Assembly: GCF_003918875.1 (NCBI RefSeq)
Contig: NW_025766392.1
Span: forward strand, 682,001-746,000
From: Haliotis rubra
Taxonomy: Eukaryota
Direction: 5' to 3'
DNA: 64,000 nucleotides
In this document: positions 50,900 to 61,788 of the stretch, piece after piece
Position numbering within the stretch: the first letter of the stretch is position 1
Layout of the letters: every line of letters starts with the position of its first letter
Position numbers and translations under genes: made by a program
The notes under the pieces: model-generated
What the model was told of the DNA's origin: nothing
What the model saw: the letters and a program-made list of their open reading frames with translations, nothing else
The model's database searches: none

Positions 50900-51868
50900 T
50901 CCTTACACGATACGATATACCGCCATATAGCTGGAATATTGCTGAGTGCGGCGTAAACCTAAACTCACTCACTCACCTTACACGATATAGTGCCGCCATA
51001 TAGCTGGAATATTGCTGAGTGCGGCGTAAACCTAAACTCACTCACTCACCTTACACGATATACCGCCGCCGCCATATAGCTGGAATATTGCTGAGTGCAG
51101 CGTAAACCTAAACTCACTCACCTTCACCTACGCCCGCCATATAGCTGGAATATTGCTGAGTGCAGCGTAAACCTAAACTCACTCACTCACCTTACACGAT
51201 ATACCGCCGCCATATAGCTGGAATATTGCTGAGTGCGGCGTAAACCTAAACTCACTCACTCACCTTACACGATATACCGGCGCCATATAGCTGGAATATT
51301 GCTGAGTCGCGGCGTAAACCTAAACTCACTCACTCACCATATAGCTGGAATATTGCTGAGTGCAGCGTAAATATCACACCGCCATATAGCTGGAATATTG
51401 CTGAGTCGCGATATACCGCCATATAGCTGGAATATTGCTGGAACCTAAAACCTAAACTCACTCACCTTTACATAGCGAATATACCTAAACTCGCCATATA
51501 GCTGGAATATTGCTGAGTTGCTGGAGTGCGTAAACCTAAACTCACTCACTCACCGATTACACGATATACGTAAAACCTAAACTCACTCACTCACCCACGC
51601 TGCCATATAGCTGGAATATTGCTGAGTGCAGCGTAAACCTAAACTCACTCACTCACCTTACACGATATACACCGCCATATAGCTGGAATATTGCTGAGTG
51701 CAGCGTAAACCTAAACTAAACTTCTTACCACTCACTCATATAGCTGGAATATTGCTGAGTGCGGAGTAAAACTAAATTCACTCACTCACCTTACACGATA
51801 TACTGCCGCCATATAGCTGGAATATTGCTGAGTGCTGCGTAAAACTAAACTCACTCACTCACCTTACA
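50900..51868 (+). repeat. Tandem array (~70-bp unit, ~13 units) of the family B 3' tail plus flank
   Basis: Unit CCTTACACGATATACCGCCATATAGCTGGAATATTGCTGAGTGCGGCGTAAACCTAAACTCACTCACTCA. CCTTACAC bounds both ends of the array. Confidence 0.92.
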
Positions 51869-52037
51869 CTATAATTTACAACCATTATAATTGTGCTTCA
51901 TCAGGGATGTACAGTAATCTGATATTTTATTCATTAGGGCAATGCCTTTTAATTTTTCGTTTGTTTATACAACTTGAAATTTTTGTTTGCTTCTTCAAAC
52001 ATTTCCAATATATTCCAATCTCTTTCATTCCTCTTAG

Positions 52038-52171
52038 TAATATTCCATGGGAAATATGTAATCAAGAAATGGATCAGAGCCCTGCCTGAAATGATCCGAA
52101 GATGGAACGATATGACTCATTCCATGAAAGCGTAACAAGTACTCAGCCGTTCTACAGACCCATATGAGTAG
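52038..52171 (+). other. Candidate internal leader exon 3
   Basis: Acceptor ctctttcattcctcttag and donor AG|gtttgt. Retains CpGs in a CpG-poor context. Confidence 0.5.
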
Positions 52172-54129
52172 GTTTGTGGAAGCTTTTGATAAAACTGAAG
52201 ATTGACAGTTTTACAAATTGTTTATGTTTGATGTAAACAAGGTGATTTTATTAGTCCGGCTCATTTTGCTTAATTTATTTCTTGTTATTTGTGTATATTA
52301 CTTAATAGGAAAACATGTGACAGATTTATAAACACGTCAATACTGTTTAGACTGTCATTGGAAGCCCTTTGAGCATCAGTATCGGTGTCGGATAGTTGAA
52401 TTCAAAGAATTTCAGTCAGTAATATCTTAAATACCATCTTCTCAACAACTAATCAATACATCTTTGAAGTGGAAGTGAAAATATGCACATCTCATTTTCT
52501 GTCTGAAGACAGAAGATGTTACCAGTTGATAGTCTATAGAGAAATGGGGTTCCCAACAGGTGCTGGCTATAAAGTAATTATATTTTCAGGAAAGTGACAT
52601 TTGTCATTTATTTTGGGTGCAGTTTGTATGCAGTTTATGAAGAAGCGAATTCATCTGTGTTGACCTTTTGACTTGAGAGAGAGGTCTTCCCAAGTACAGT
52701 CAAAGTATTGTTCTACAATTCAATCATTATTGGGTCATTTATCGATTCAAAGTAGTATATATGGATGGAAATAAATAACGGAACGCATTAGAGTACAACT
52801 GGTGGCATATTCTTTTCCAGGTTTCTTTGCGTGCTTTAAACTGCACTGTTGGTAAAATCTGGGAATAAATACTATATATTAGGTTGGCATGGTAAGTGGT
52901 ATGAAAATGACTTACTGTCATAGATATTTTCTAAAACTACATGTAAAAGTTTCTGGTCACTGTTACATACAGTTATGTTTCATTCTACCCTTTGGATGTA
53001 AATACCTCCTTAGTATGATGGGTCCAGTTGAAACAGTTAATTAGGAGGTCAACTTTGTGAGTTTTCAGTTTAGATGTTTCAAAGGTAGGTTCAAAACCTG
53101 TAAATTTCATTTATAACCCAAAGCTATATAGAATATGAATTGTTTCGCGGCTTTGCTGTCCAATATATATTCAGAATTAAAAATGTTTTATCCACAAGTT
53201 ATTGCGCTAGTTCTTGAAGTTGGTAGGGAGTTCTGCTGGAACTGGACGGAAATATATAATATATTTTCTGGCAGTTTTATTCAGTTCCAAGTAGCCAGCT
53301 AGAATTATTTAAAACTCAAAATTATAACCCTCAAATGCTGGGACAACCATTACAACACTTTTAGTGGTCCTCAACACAATTTAGTAGTCTGGGGCAAACA
53401 GACTAGCATGAATTTTGAAGGCTGTACATTATATGGTAACAGTTCTTCTTTTAAACATGTTCAAGTGAAGTATTTAGTGTAGCAGGGGTCTGGTATTTTA
53501 GGTGGTGCAACATTGAAGTAGCCTATCAAAAACTGAATTTGTTGACAATGATGGATTTATGTGGCAGAAACATCGTTTCTCGTTTGTTTAAAAAAGTGGC
53601 CAATTGCAGACAGACAGTAAGGACAGTGTTTGGCATTTTCTGAAAAACCTCGTTATTGTCAGGATACTGTTATCCAAACATCAGAGATTATGTTAAGCCT
53701 CCAGGAACGCCTAAATGCACCCCCTGAGAACAGAATCCATGTCACTTGGTGGAATAACCTCTGTTTTTGTGACATTTATGCCGTGAGTCTGCAAAAAGGT
53801 TAGATAAAATCTTGTTTCTTATCAACAGTCACTTGGCAGAAAATGATAGCGTCTGATAATAAAATGGGGAAAGACATGCTGCCTCACATCTTAGTTGTAG
53901 AAGGGTGGTCCTTGATTAGAAGAAGATGTGCTGAGGATGCCTGTCTGATAGTCTTCCTTCTGTGGTGCAGACGTCATGAGAATCTGTTGATTTAGAAAGT
54001 AGAATCAAATGGGCTTGATGATAATGCTTCCATAACCAACATATTTAAGTGATTTCTCCAAATTAAACCATATTACAGTTGACAGAAAATGTCACTGTAA
54101 GTCTCCGTGGTGAGCTAGTGTTATGTTAG

Positions 54130-54306
54130 ATGTTTGATCGGCATTTTAGAAGATGCTATTTGATGAACATAGGGAATTTTCTGGGTTTCATCTTCTTGGT
54201 AACTGTTCTTTAGTTCTACCTGATGATAGGGCCAGAACAAGCCCTGAAACGTTGTACCAAACAATAAAAACAAGATGAAACACAGAAAATTCTCAAAAAA
54301 TGTTCA
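54130..54306 (+). mobile_element. Penelope-like element remnant (pseudo-LTR with inverted flank)
   Basis: Exact 14-bp direct repeat TAGTGTTATGTTAG on both sides. Internal inverted repeat GAATTTTCTGGGTTTCATCTT / AAGATGAAACACAGAAAATTC. Hammerhead core followed by AATAAA. Confidence 0.7.
54217..54256 (+). ncRNA. Minimal type I hammerhead ribozyme motif (Penelope-type)
   Basis: TAC-CTGATGA-T-AGGGC-cagaacaa-GCCCT-GAAA-CGTT-GTA: conserved core, 5-bp stem II, palindromic ACGT in place of stem III, 3-bp stem I (TAC/GTA). Confidence 0.68.
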
Positions 54307-54550
54307 TAGTGTTATGTTAGTTCTACTTGCACAAAATGCTAAGCCATGCAGTTAAATGATGGTTCAGCACAATGTATAAGAAAAATACTAGTACTTACTT
54401 GACTGTAACTTGTTTGCTCATTGGCAAATGGTATGGGTTCAAATCCCCTGATGACACAGTTTGCATTGACCCTTCTTGTTGAATGACCAGTTCTGTGATA
54501 TTTATCAATTTCATTTATATATGTCATGAGTGTGCAGTACCATTTTAACA

Positions 54551-54909
54551 GACCGCCTCCGTGGTGTAGTGGTTAGAGAGCGCCCGCCAGAGTGCGGAAG
54601 GTCGCGGGTTTGATCCCCGACCGCGTCATACCAAAAGACGTTAAAATATGGTACTTATTGGTCCCTGCCTGGCGCTCGGCATTAATGGGTACAACAAGGA
54701 CTGGTCGGCTCGGAGTCAGTATAATGTGTCTGAGTGGGGTATTCATGCTTCACTGCGGCATGGTATCTCAGTGGGCTAGCACTATAAAACCAGCTTCAGT
54801 CTGGGCTAGTACAAGCAGCCGCACATACACATACACACATGCATGCACGTCGTCATATGAGCGAAATATTCTCAAGCACGACGTTAAACCCAATTCCACC
54901 ACCACCACC
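54551..54909 (+). mobile_element. SINE family C (Meta/MESC-type), full length
   Basis: High identity to 2713-3069. Exact 12-bp TSD ACCATTTTAACA. Confidence 0.9.
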
Positions 54910-54964
54910 ACCATTTTAACAAGCTGAATGCTGTTGTGCAGCCTTGGACCCATCCTTGATCATG

Positions 54965-55130
54965 TAATATATCATTATTACATTCTATTACCATAAATTC
55001 TTTGGATCCATACCCCATTAAAGGTTTCTATTATAAGTGACATCACTGTCTGGAACTCTCTCATCACCAACATAAAGCAAATTTTGTGAAATTGGAATAA
55101 ACAACCAATTAAAATATCTCTTTAAATGCA
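54965..55130 (+). mobile_element. Possible decayed LINE ORF2 extreme C-terminus
   Basis: Frame reads ITVWNSLITNIKQ, resembling the WNSLP motif at the end of CR1/L2 ORF2. Confidence 0.3.
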
Positions 55131-56457
55131 TTGTCTGTTACGAGCAAGTGCTTGAAATATATAGTTGAATCAAAAGATATTATAATATTCAAACAGTAAA
55201 CAATATTTTCCTATGATGGAAGGAAGTCCTAAGCTCCAGGATGATCACAGTTGTATGGAAGTTGGTATCCAACACGGCAGGTTGAATATCGGTGATGCTG
55301 CTCATCATGTGTACTTGATTCGAAACATCAACCCCAGAGAATAATCAATCTCAAATATCTGCCGGAACAGATTCCATAGGGCGATAAAGGCAAAAGACTA
55401 ATGAAAATTGTATGCATGGATCACAGAAAACCATTCGCGAAAAGGGTAAGCATGTTCTGTCAATTCCTCTGTTATTCATTAACGATTTCATCTGTAGATT
55501 AGGTAGATAAGGAAGACGAAACTGAATATCTATTGCGGTATTTAGCGTTAAGATTGGCTGATCCTTGTGAAAGGCCAATTTATATTACCTGACTAATAAA
55601 AACTCATTAAATACTTAAGACTGACGCCAAAAGCATGTTTTCATCTGGCCGATGTGCAATCCTGTCAAGGGCTCCACATAAATCAAGGAGACTGATAGGA
55701 GATTATGGGCCTGATTCCCCACTCCTTAAACAGAAAATCAGCCAAGAGATTTAATACCTTAACTACAGGATCATTTGCCTACTCTTTAATTTTGAAGCAG
55801 ATCTTATCACCAGGGAGTATGTTCCAGACAAGTTTACTGTTAGCCCCTCAAATCAAGTCTTTTTTTAAAACACATCCTTTGTAATTGCACTGGATGCCAC
55901 TTCTCAGTGCTCCTTGTAACATCTGATAGGGAATATCTCAAAACCTTCACAGACAGTTTAAAGAATTGTTTGGTTTGAAAACTAACATATTGCATGTACT
56001 GGAGTAATTAGGCATTTGGTTGAAATAATAAGTAATTTGAAAAGACTATTCTTTGTTTAAACGTTGAGAAGTGAATTCTAACATTGTTAAATTTCCTAAG
56101 GTCAAGTGATAGCCCAGGTCTGCATGTTGTATGAACAGTCAGGTTGATTTTCATTGTACCTAGACATATAGTCACTGAAATGAACATATTTTACAGAAAA
56201 AACAGTTCCTAAATTATAATCATAAAATATAATGAAATCGACCCCAGAGACTTTTTCATTTTCTAGACTTGCCACATGAATCTAGACTTGCATGGGCTCT
56301 CTTGGATATATTTGTTTCAGAGTCTGCATGAAAGACTGACTACATTGTACCCTGAGTCACTTATAGTTGTTGTCTTTCTTTATCAGACACTGGTTTGCCC
56401 TGCTGTTATATGAGTCGTGGTCATATAGCTGCAATATTGCAAATGTAGCGCAAATTA

Positions 56458-56964
56458 TAGTCTGTTTGCAGTGAAAACGTACCGGTGAATTTCATTTTAA
56501 ACAAAAAAGTAAATCAAATAAAGTGAAATCAAGATGGCGAATCCTCATAGTTTTACCTTGCCAATTGAACATTTAAATCTCATAAGTTTATTCAACTTAG
56601 GATAAAAGTTGTTTAACAAACGATCATAGTTTCCAATCGCTTATGTTGGTTTGTATTACAAGGGGGTATGCACATTAAATGAAACACCGAGAACAAGTAG
56701 GGTTGGTCTAAGTTAACGCTCGTGCATTTGTTTCCTGTTCCAACTACTGCGCTTACCCCCTTGTAATACAAACCAATAATAGCGATTTGAATCTATGATC
56801 GTTTGTTAAACAACTTTTATCTTAAGTTGAATAAAATTCTCAGATTTAAATGTTCATTTGGCAAGGTAAAATTATGAGGATTCACAATCTTAATTTCACT
56901 TTATTTGATTTACTTTTTTGTTTAAAGTGAAATGCATCGGTACGTTTTCACTGCAAACAGACTA
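56458..56964. mobile_element. Foldback MITE with ~210-bp inverted arms
   Basis: TAGTCTGTTTGCAGTGAAAACGTACC...GGTACGTTTTCACTGCAAACAGACTA. The arms pair through TGTATTACAAGGGGGTA/TACCCCCTTGTAATACA. TA on both flanks. Confidence 0.88.
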
Positions 56965-57277
56965 TAGGTCATTGCTGTCATTGATGGTGATATATACTAT
57001 TTAAAAGAAGTTGAAGAGCACCCAGTTCTTTTACATTACCATAAATAATTATTCATTGAATTCCAGATTAACTATGGCACGGTATTATGAAAGAATCGTA
57101 TGCCCTGTCTTCTTTTAAGTAGTACATCACCAGGTGAACTACAGCGATTGGCACTATTGGTTTATTTCTAGTTCACTAATATGCCTTTCAAATTTAGAGT
57201 ATTTTGCCTCAAAAGATTTATAACCTATAATTGAATTTAACACTAAAATTCTTAGTACATAATACAGGGATAGAATT

Positions 57278-57448
57278 CGGGATTGGGTGGTCAGGCTCGC
57301 TGACTTGGTTGACACGTCATTTTATCCCAGTTGTGTAGATCAATGCTCATGCTGTTGATCACTGGTTTGATCAGGATTTGATTATTTATTGACCGCAGAC
57401 ATATAGCTGGAATATTGCTGGGTGCGGCGTTAAGCAACAAACCATCCA
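57278..57448 (+). mobile_element. Retroposon family B, 5'-truncated
   Basis: Body and tail. Flanking duplication ACAG(G/A)GATAGAATT. Confidence 0.82.
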
Positions 57449-59042
57449 ACAGAGATAGAATTAGCCACTGGTTTGTTGGTCTGAGACTAGTTGATCTCCA
57501 GAGGGACTAGTGGTTTTCACAAAAGAAATTAGTTAATTTACATAAACAACTAGTCTGAAATGAGCTGCAGACTGTTGGTATTTACAAAGGTGTCAACGGC
57601 TTATATGTGTGTTAAGATTATTGAGACATCCCCTGGTCCTTCACACCCAGTCAGCACAGTTATGTCAGCTCTCACAGAACACTCACCATTTGAATTTCCA
57701 GCCTTTTTCATTCTTTAACAGATACTGTGCAGCCATAAAACAGAACATTTAATGGGCCAAGTGTGAAATTAAAGACGATTTACACACTGTTGGGCTGTTT
57801 TTATCAGTGCCGTGACCTATGGTGTGATGATACTGTGCATTTGAAGAACACTTTGTCGCCATTTCAAATTGTTGAGAAATGTGTCCGTATTTTAGTGCCA
57901 TTGTCTGCTGTCGTAAAGTATTCACGACCTTTAATTTAATTTTGGGTAAAAAAGAATCGGAGAATATTTTCACATCTGCATGTCCTCTTTAACTCAATTT
58001 CATATTGCAAATTAAATTATTTTATTTTTTTGCGTTTCAGATGTCATGTGAGGTTAGGTCAAGTTGCCCTCAATGTCTTTTTTTTAAATATTACCAATTT
58101 ATGTTTTTAAATCTAATCAGAATAACCAATAACACATGTCATAAGAAATATAAGCTGCCATTTAAATGTTTTTATTCTTTTCAAGAACTAAATTAAATGC
58201 ATTTGTGACTTTAAAAAAATAATAGAAAAGCGACAGGAAGGTATTATACAGCAAATGTCAGCCAATAAAATGGCGGAATATTGGTGCGGCTCATTAATCA
58301 GGCAAATTTATTGGTTAATCCATGGTGATGATTGTGCCTCAGAGAGCCCTTTAGGTTCATGAGGATACTTGATTGAACAGTGTTCAATCCAAAAACTAAA
58401 GTCACATTACAAAAGTTTGAATCACTATGGGTGGCTGAATCACTTCGGGTTACTCTAGAAATTCACTGAAAAAGTGGAATCATCTTATCTGTGTCCAACA
58501 GTGTCCGACTTGAATTTCATTTCCCATTCACTATTGTCAAGATTGATAGTGCTTGGTGTGGTGTTTTTGATTACACAAAATGACTACTCCTTCCCACAGA
58601 GACAAGTCACGTAAAGACGTGATTTATTGATCAGATGCCAAACGATATCATTCCCAAACTCTAATTTGAAATTTCCCCTTTTACAGTGAGACAATCAGGT
58701 ATAAAAAGCACCATCCTCTTGGTTATCAGAAAATTTGAATTTAAATGCAATAATTTGATGTTGTGATAGTAACGTGATTGTCTCCTTCCCCCAGAATCAG
58801 CATGTATGCTGTCATTTGTTTGTGCAGCTCTTAAAAAAACATCCTAATTTGACTGATTTTGCAAACTGAAGAATGCCAAGTATGAGAAGACATTACCATA
58901 TGCAACAGCCCATCGTTATTTAATTTGCAGGTTTAATTCTTGGTTTGTTTCGTCCTGATTGAAGTGTAATCATGTCGTGTGGTATGCGTCTCGTTGCGTA
59001 ACGTCATAGTCATTTTCCCTGACATCATCTTCATACTCTGGG

Positions 59043-59327
59043 GAGGAGGGTGTGGAGGTGTTATCCTAGTGGTTAAAGTGTTATGGTAGGTTCTTACTGT
59101 GCCTAACCAACAGATCCATTTGGACGCGTCTCACAAGACCAGTTTTGTAGTTAAGTGGTTAAAGGCCAGGGTTCAAACCTATACACAGATGGTGTGTTCG
59201 CTTATCACACTGAAGACCCGGGTTCGATTCCCTACATGGGTACAATGTGTGAAGCCAATTTCTAGTGTCCTCCACTGTGATATTGCTGGAATATTGCTAA
59301 AAGCAGCATAAAACTAAACTCACTCAC
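59043..59327 (+). mobile_element. SINE family A with ~100-bp internal extra sequence
   Basis: Split head and normal tail. TSD TCTTCATACTCTGGG. Another SINE A copy follows at ~59358-59508 and a family B (-) copy at ~59560-59760. Confidence 0.75.
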
Positions 59328-59956
59328 TCTTCATACTCTGGGTCTAACCATGGGTGGAGGGGCAGTGGGGTAGCCTAGTGGTTAAAGTGTTCACCCGGGT
59401 TCTATTTCCCATATGGGTACATTGTGTGAAGCCTTATTCTGGTGTCCCCAGCTGTGATATTGGTGGAATATTGTTAGAAGCGAAAAAGCATACTCACTCA
59501 CTCACTTACCATGGATGAGCCTCTGAGTCAAAATCACAGGAATGGTGAAAATGGTAATGTTTTTGTTTGTTGTTTAATGCTGCACTCAGCAATATTCCAG
59601 CTATATGGTGGCAGTCTGTAAATAATTGAGTCTGGACCAGACAATCCAGTGATTAGCAGCATGAAAATTGATCAATGTAACTGGGATACAATGATATGTG
59701 TCAACCAAGTCAGCGAGCCTGACCACTCGATCCTGTTAGTTGCCTCTAATGACAAGCATCTGTATTATATCCGTATGATTTCAATGAAAACTGTTTCACA
59801 AGGCTTCTCTGTAGATCTACAGTTCATATTTTGAGTTGATATGGTGAAAAAGTATTTTTTAATGATAATAAACCTTCAGATGGTCAAACTGATCATGTAT
59901 AGAAAGATCAATGACAGATTTTGTCATTATTAATGTTTTTCTATATATCATCACAG

Positions 59957-60470
59957 TAATATTGTGTTTTAATGAATATTATTACACCAGCACTATTCAT
60001 TATGAAGTGGAACGTCCAATATTCGGTGACAGACTGATAGGTGTACAAGCCTGGGAACCGTATAACAGAATCCCTCGTGGAGTAATTAACTGCTGCTCAG
60101 TCATACAGGAAAAGTCTCACCTGGTAGTTCTGATCGCTCCTCTGACACCAAAGTAACACCTAGATTAGCTGATGAGGAGGACGATCTCGTTGTTCAACAG
60201 CAATTGAGAGGGCTGATTTTTCCTGGCTACAAGGAGCGGAACGGTTGGATCTTGATCGCTGTGGGAGGTCGGGGAAACAAATCTGACAGCCAAAGAGGTT
60301 GCTTGTAATCAGAAGAGTTAGAGGACGTTTAGAAAGTTGAGAACGTGATTAAGAAGAAAAGTTTGAAATTCAAATTTGGTGTCTTGTTCCTTGTACATGT
60401 GTGGATGTAGTAATAAAAAATGTCCACTGTCTCTCAGACTTTGTGAAGGTATTTTCATAGGATGGCCAAG
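59957..60470 (+). other. Candidate leader exon 4 ending with a possible main start ATG GCC AAG|gtatgt
   Basis: Acceptor ttttctatatatcatcacag (alternative at 59990), many retained CpGs, strong donor AAG|GTATGT at 60470/60471, ATG at 60462. Confidence 0.5.
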
Positions 60471-60634
60471 GTATGTGCTTGATTTTGTACTAACAAACAA
60501 ATTTAAGCTTGGTAACAGGTATTGAAGATAATGAATTACAAATTTGCATTGAATCTTTGTACCTAAACCAGCCCTTTTCCCATGATAAAACCTTATTTTT
60601 TCATATTTTCATCCATATTAATAGGTCTTTAACT

Positions 60635-60815
60635 GGAAAGATTTCCGCCCGTAACCCCCGGGTTTTTTAACCATTCTGTGCCCAAGAATATAGGTCTATG
60701 GTTTTTATAATAAGCCTGAACCTAACCTTAAACCCTAAAGCAAACCCTAAACCCTCAAAATAATCCTAATAAACAGAATACATTTCACACGGGGGTTCCG
60801 GGCAGAACTCTTACC
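60635..60815. mobile_element. MITE with GG termini and 8-bp TSD (Merlin/MULE-like)
   Basis: TIRs GGAAAGATTTCCGCCCGTAACCCCCG / CGGGGGTTCCGGGCAGAACTCTTACC. Exact TSD CTTTAACT. Confidence 0.78.
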
Positions 60816-60889
60816 CTTTAACTACAAAAGTGAAGAATTTTATGAATAGTCACACACATAGATCTAAAGTAAAGCTGGCTTTAATCTGT

Positions 60890-61060
60890 TGTGGCATTAC
60901 AGATTAACAGTAGGGTTCACTGTTGTCTATAAAGGCATTAACAATAGGGTTCACAGTTGTCTAAAGGCATTGCAGATTAACAATAGTGTTCACATTTGTC
61001 TAAAGGCATTGCAGATTAACAAAAGGGTTCAAGGTTGTCTATGAAATCATTACAGATTAA
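60890..61060. repeat. ~39-bp tandem repeat, 4-5 units
   Basis: GGCATTGCAGATTAACAATAGGGTTCACAGTTGTCTAAA variants. Confidence 0.8.
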
Positions 61061-61620
61061 TTTAAGTAATTTGAACAAATTGTGTGTTCTTATTTTGTGT
61101 AGTATATATATAAAACAATTAACTTTTGAAAGTTATGTTTTAGGCATTATATTGGAAAACACAATATCCAATATTATTAGTTTTAAACTTTATTTACAAC
61201 ATTGTACAAATAAACTCTTAAAGCAAATTCATATATATATGTGAAGAGAGAGGCAGCTGTGAGCGCCATAGCAACCATAAAACACAGGACGGGCATCACC
61301 TGGCAACGGATCTCCAGATCTCATGATCTGGTCTGGAGAGCAGTGACAAAGCAAGGAACAGTAAATTCCCATGCTTGAAAGGGTGAGAAATAACAGAGCC
61401 AATGACCCATGAGATTACAGCAATTGTGTGTGAACTGATGTACATCTTCCTTGATGGGGAGGACAGTAACTCACTGCAGAGTGGGCCCTTCTACCTTCAC
61501 CAGCTGAACATGCAGATGCCAGACAGTTGGGAACCCCTCGGCCACTTTCAGCTGGACATTGCTCTCCACATGGACTCTCTTGTTCCAGCAGCTGATGACT
61601 GGTAGAACTATTGCTGAGAA

Positions 61621-61788
61621 GGGGCGGTTGGGTAGCCTAGTGGTTAAAGCGTCCGCCCGTCACGCCGAAGACCCGAGTTCGATTCCCCACATGGGTACAA
61701 TGTGTGAAGCCCATTTCTGGTGTCCCCCGCCGTGATATTGCAGGAATATTGCTAAAAGCGGCGTAAAACCAAACTCACTCACTCACTC
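61621..61788 (+). mobile_element. SINE family A, young full-length copy
   Basis: Near-consensus with CpGs intact. Exact 14-bp TSD ACTATTGCTGAGAA. A family B fragment follows at ~61835-61952. Confidence 0.92.

Noticed and set aside
60169-60215. Other CTGATGA occurrences as hammerhead candidates (also ~558, ~800, ~7157, ~28645, ~45105)
   Set aside because: None has a stem II followed by GAAA and a cleavage triplet.
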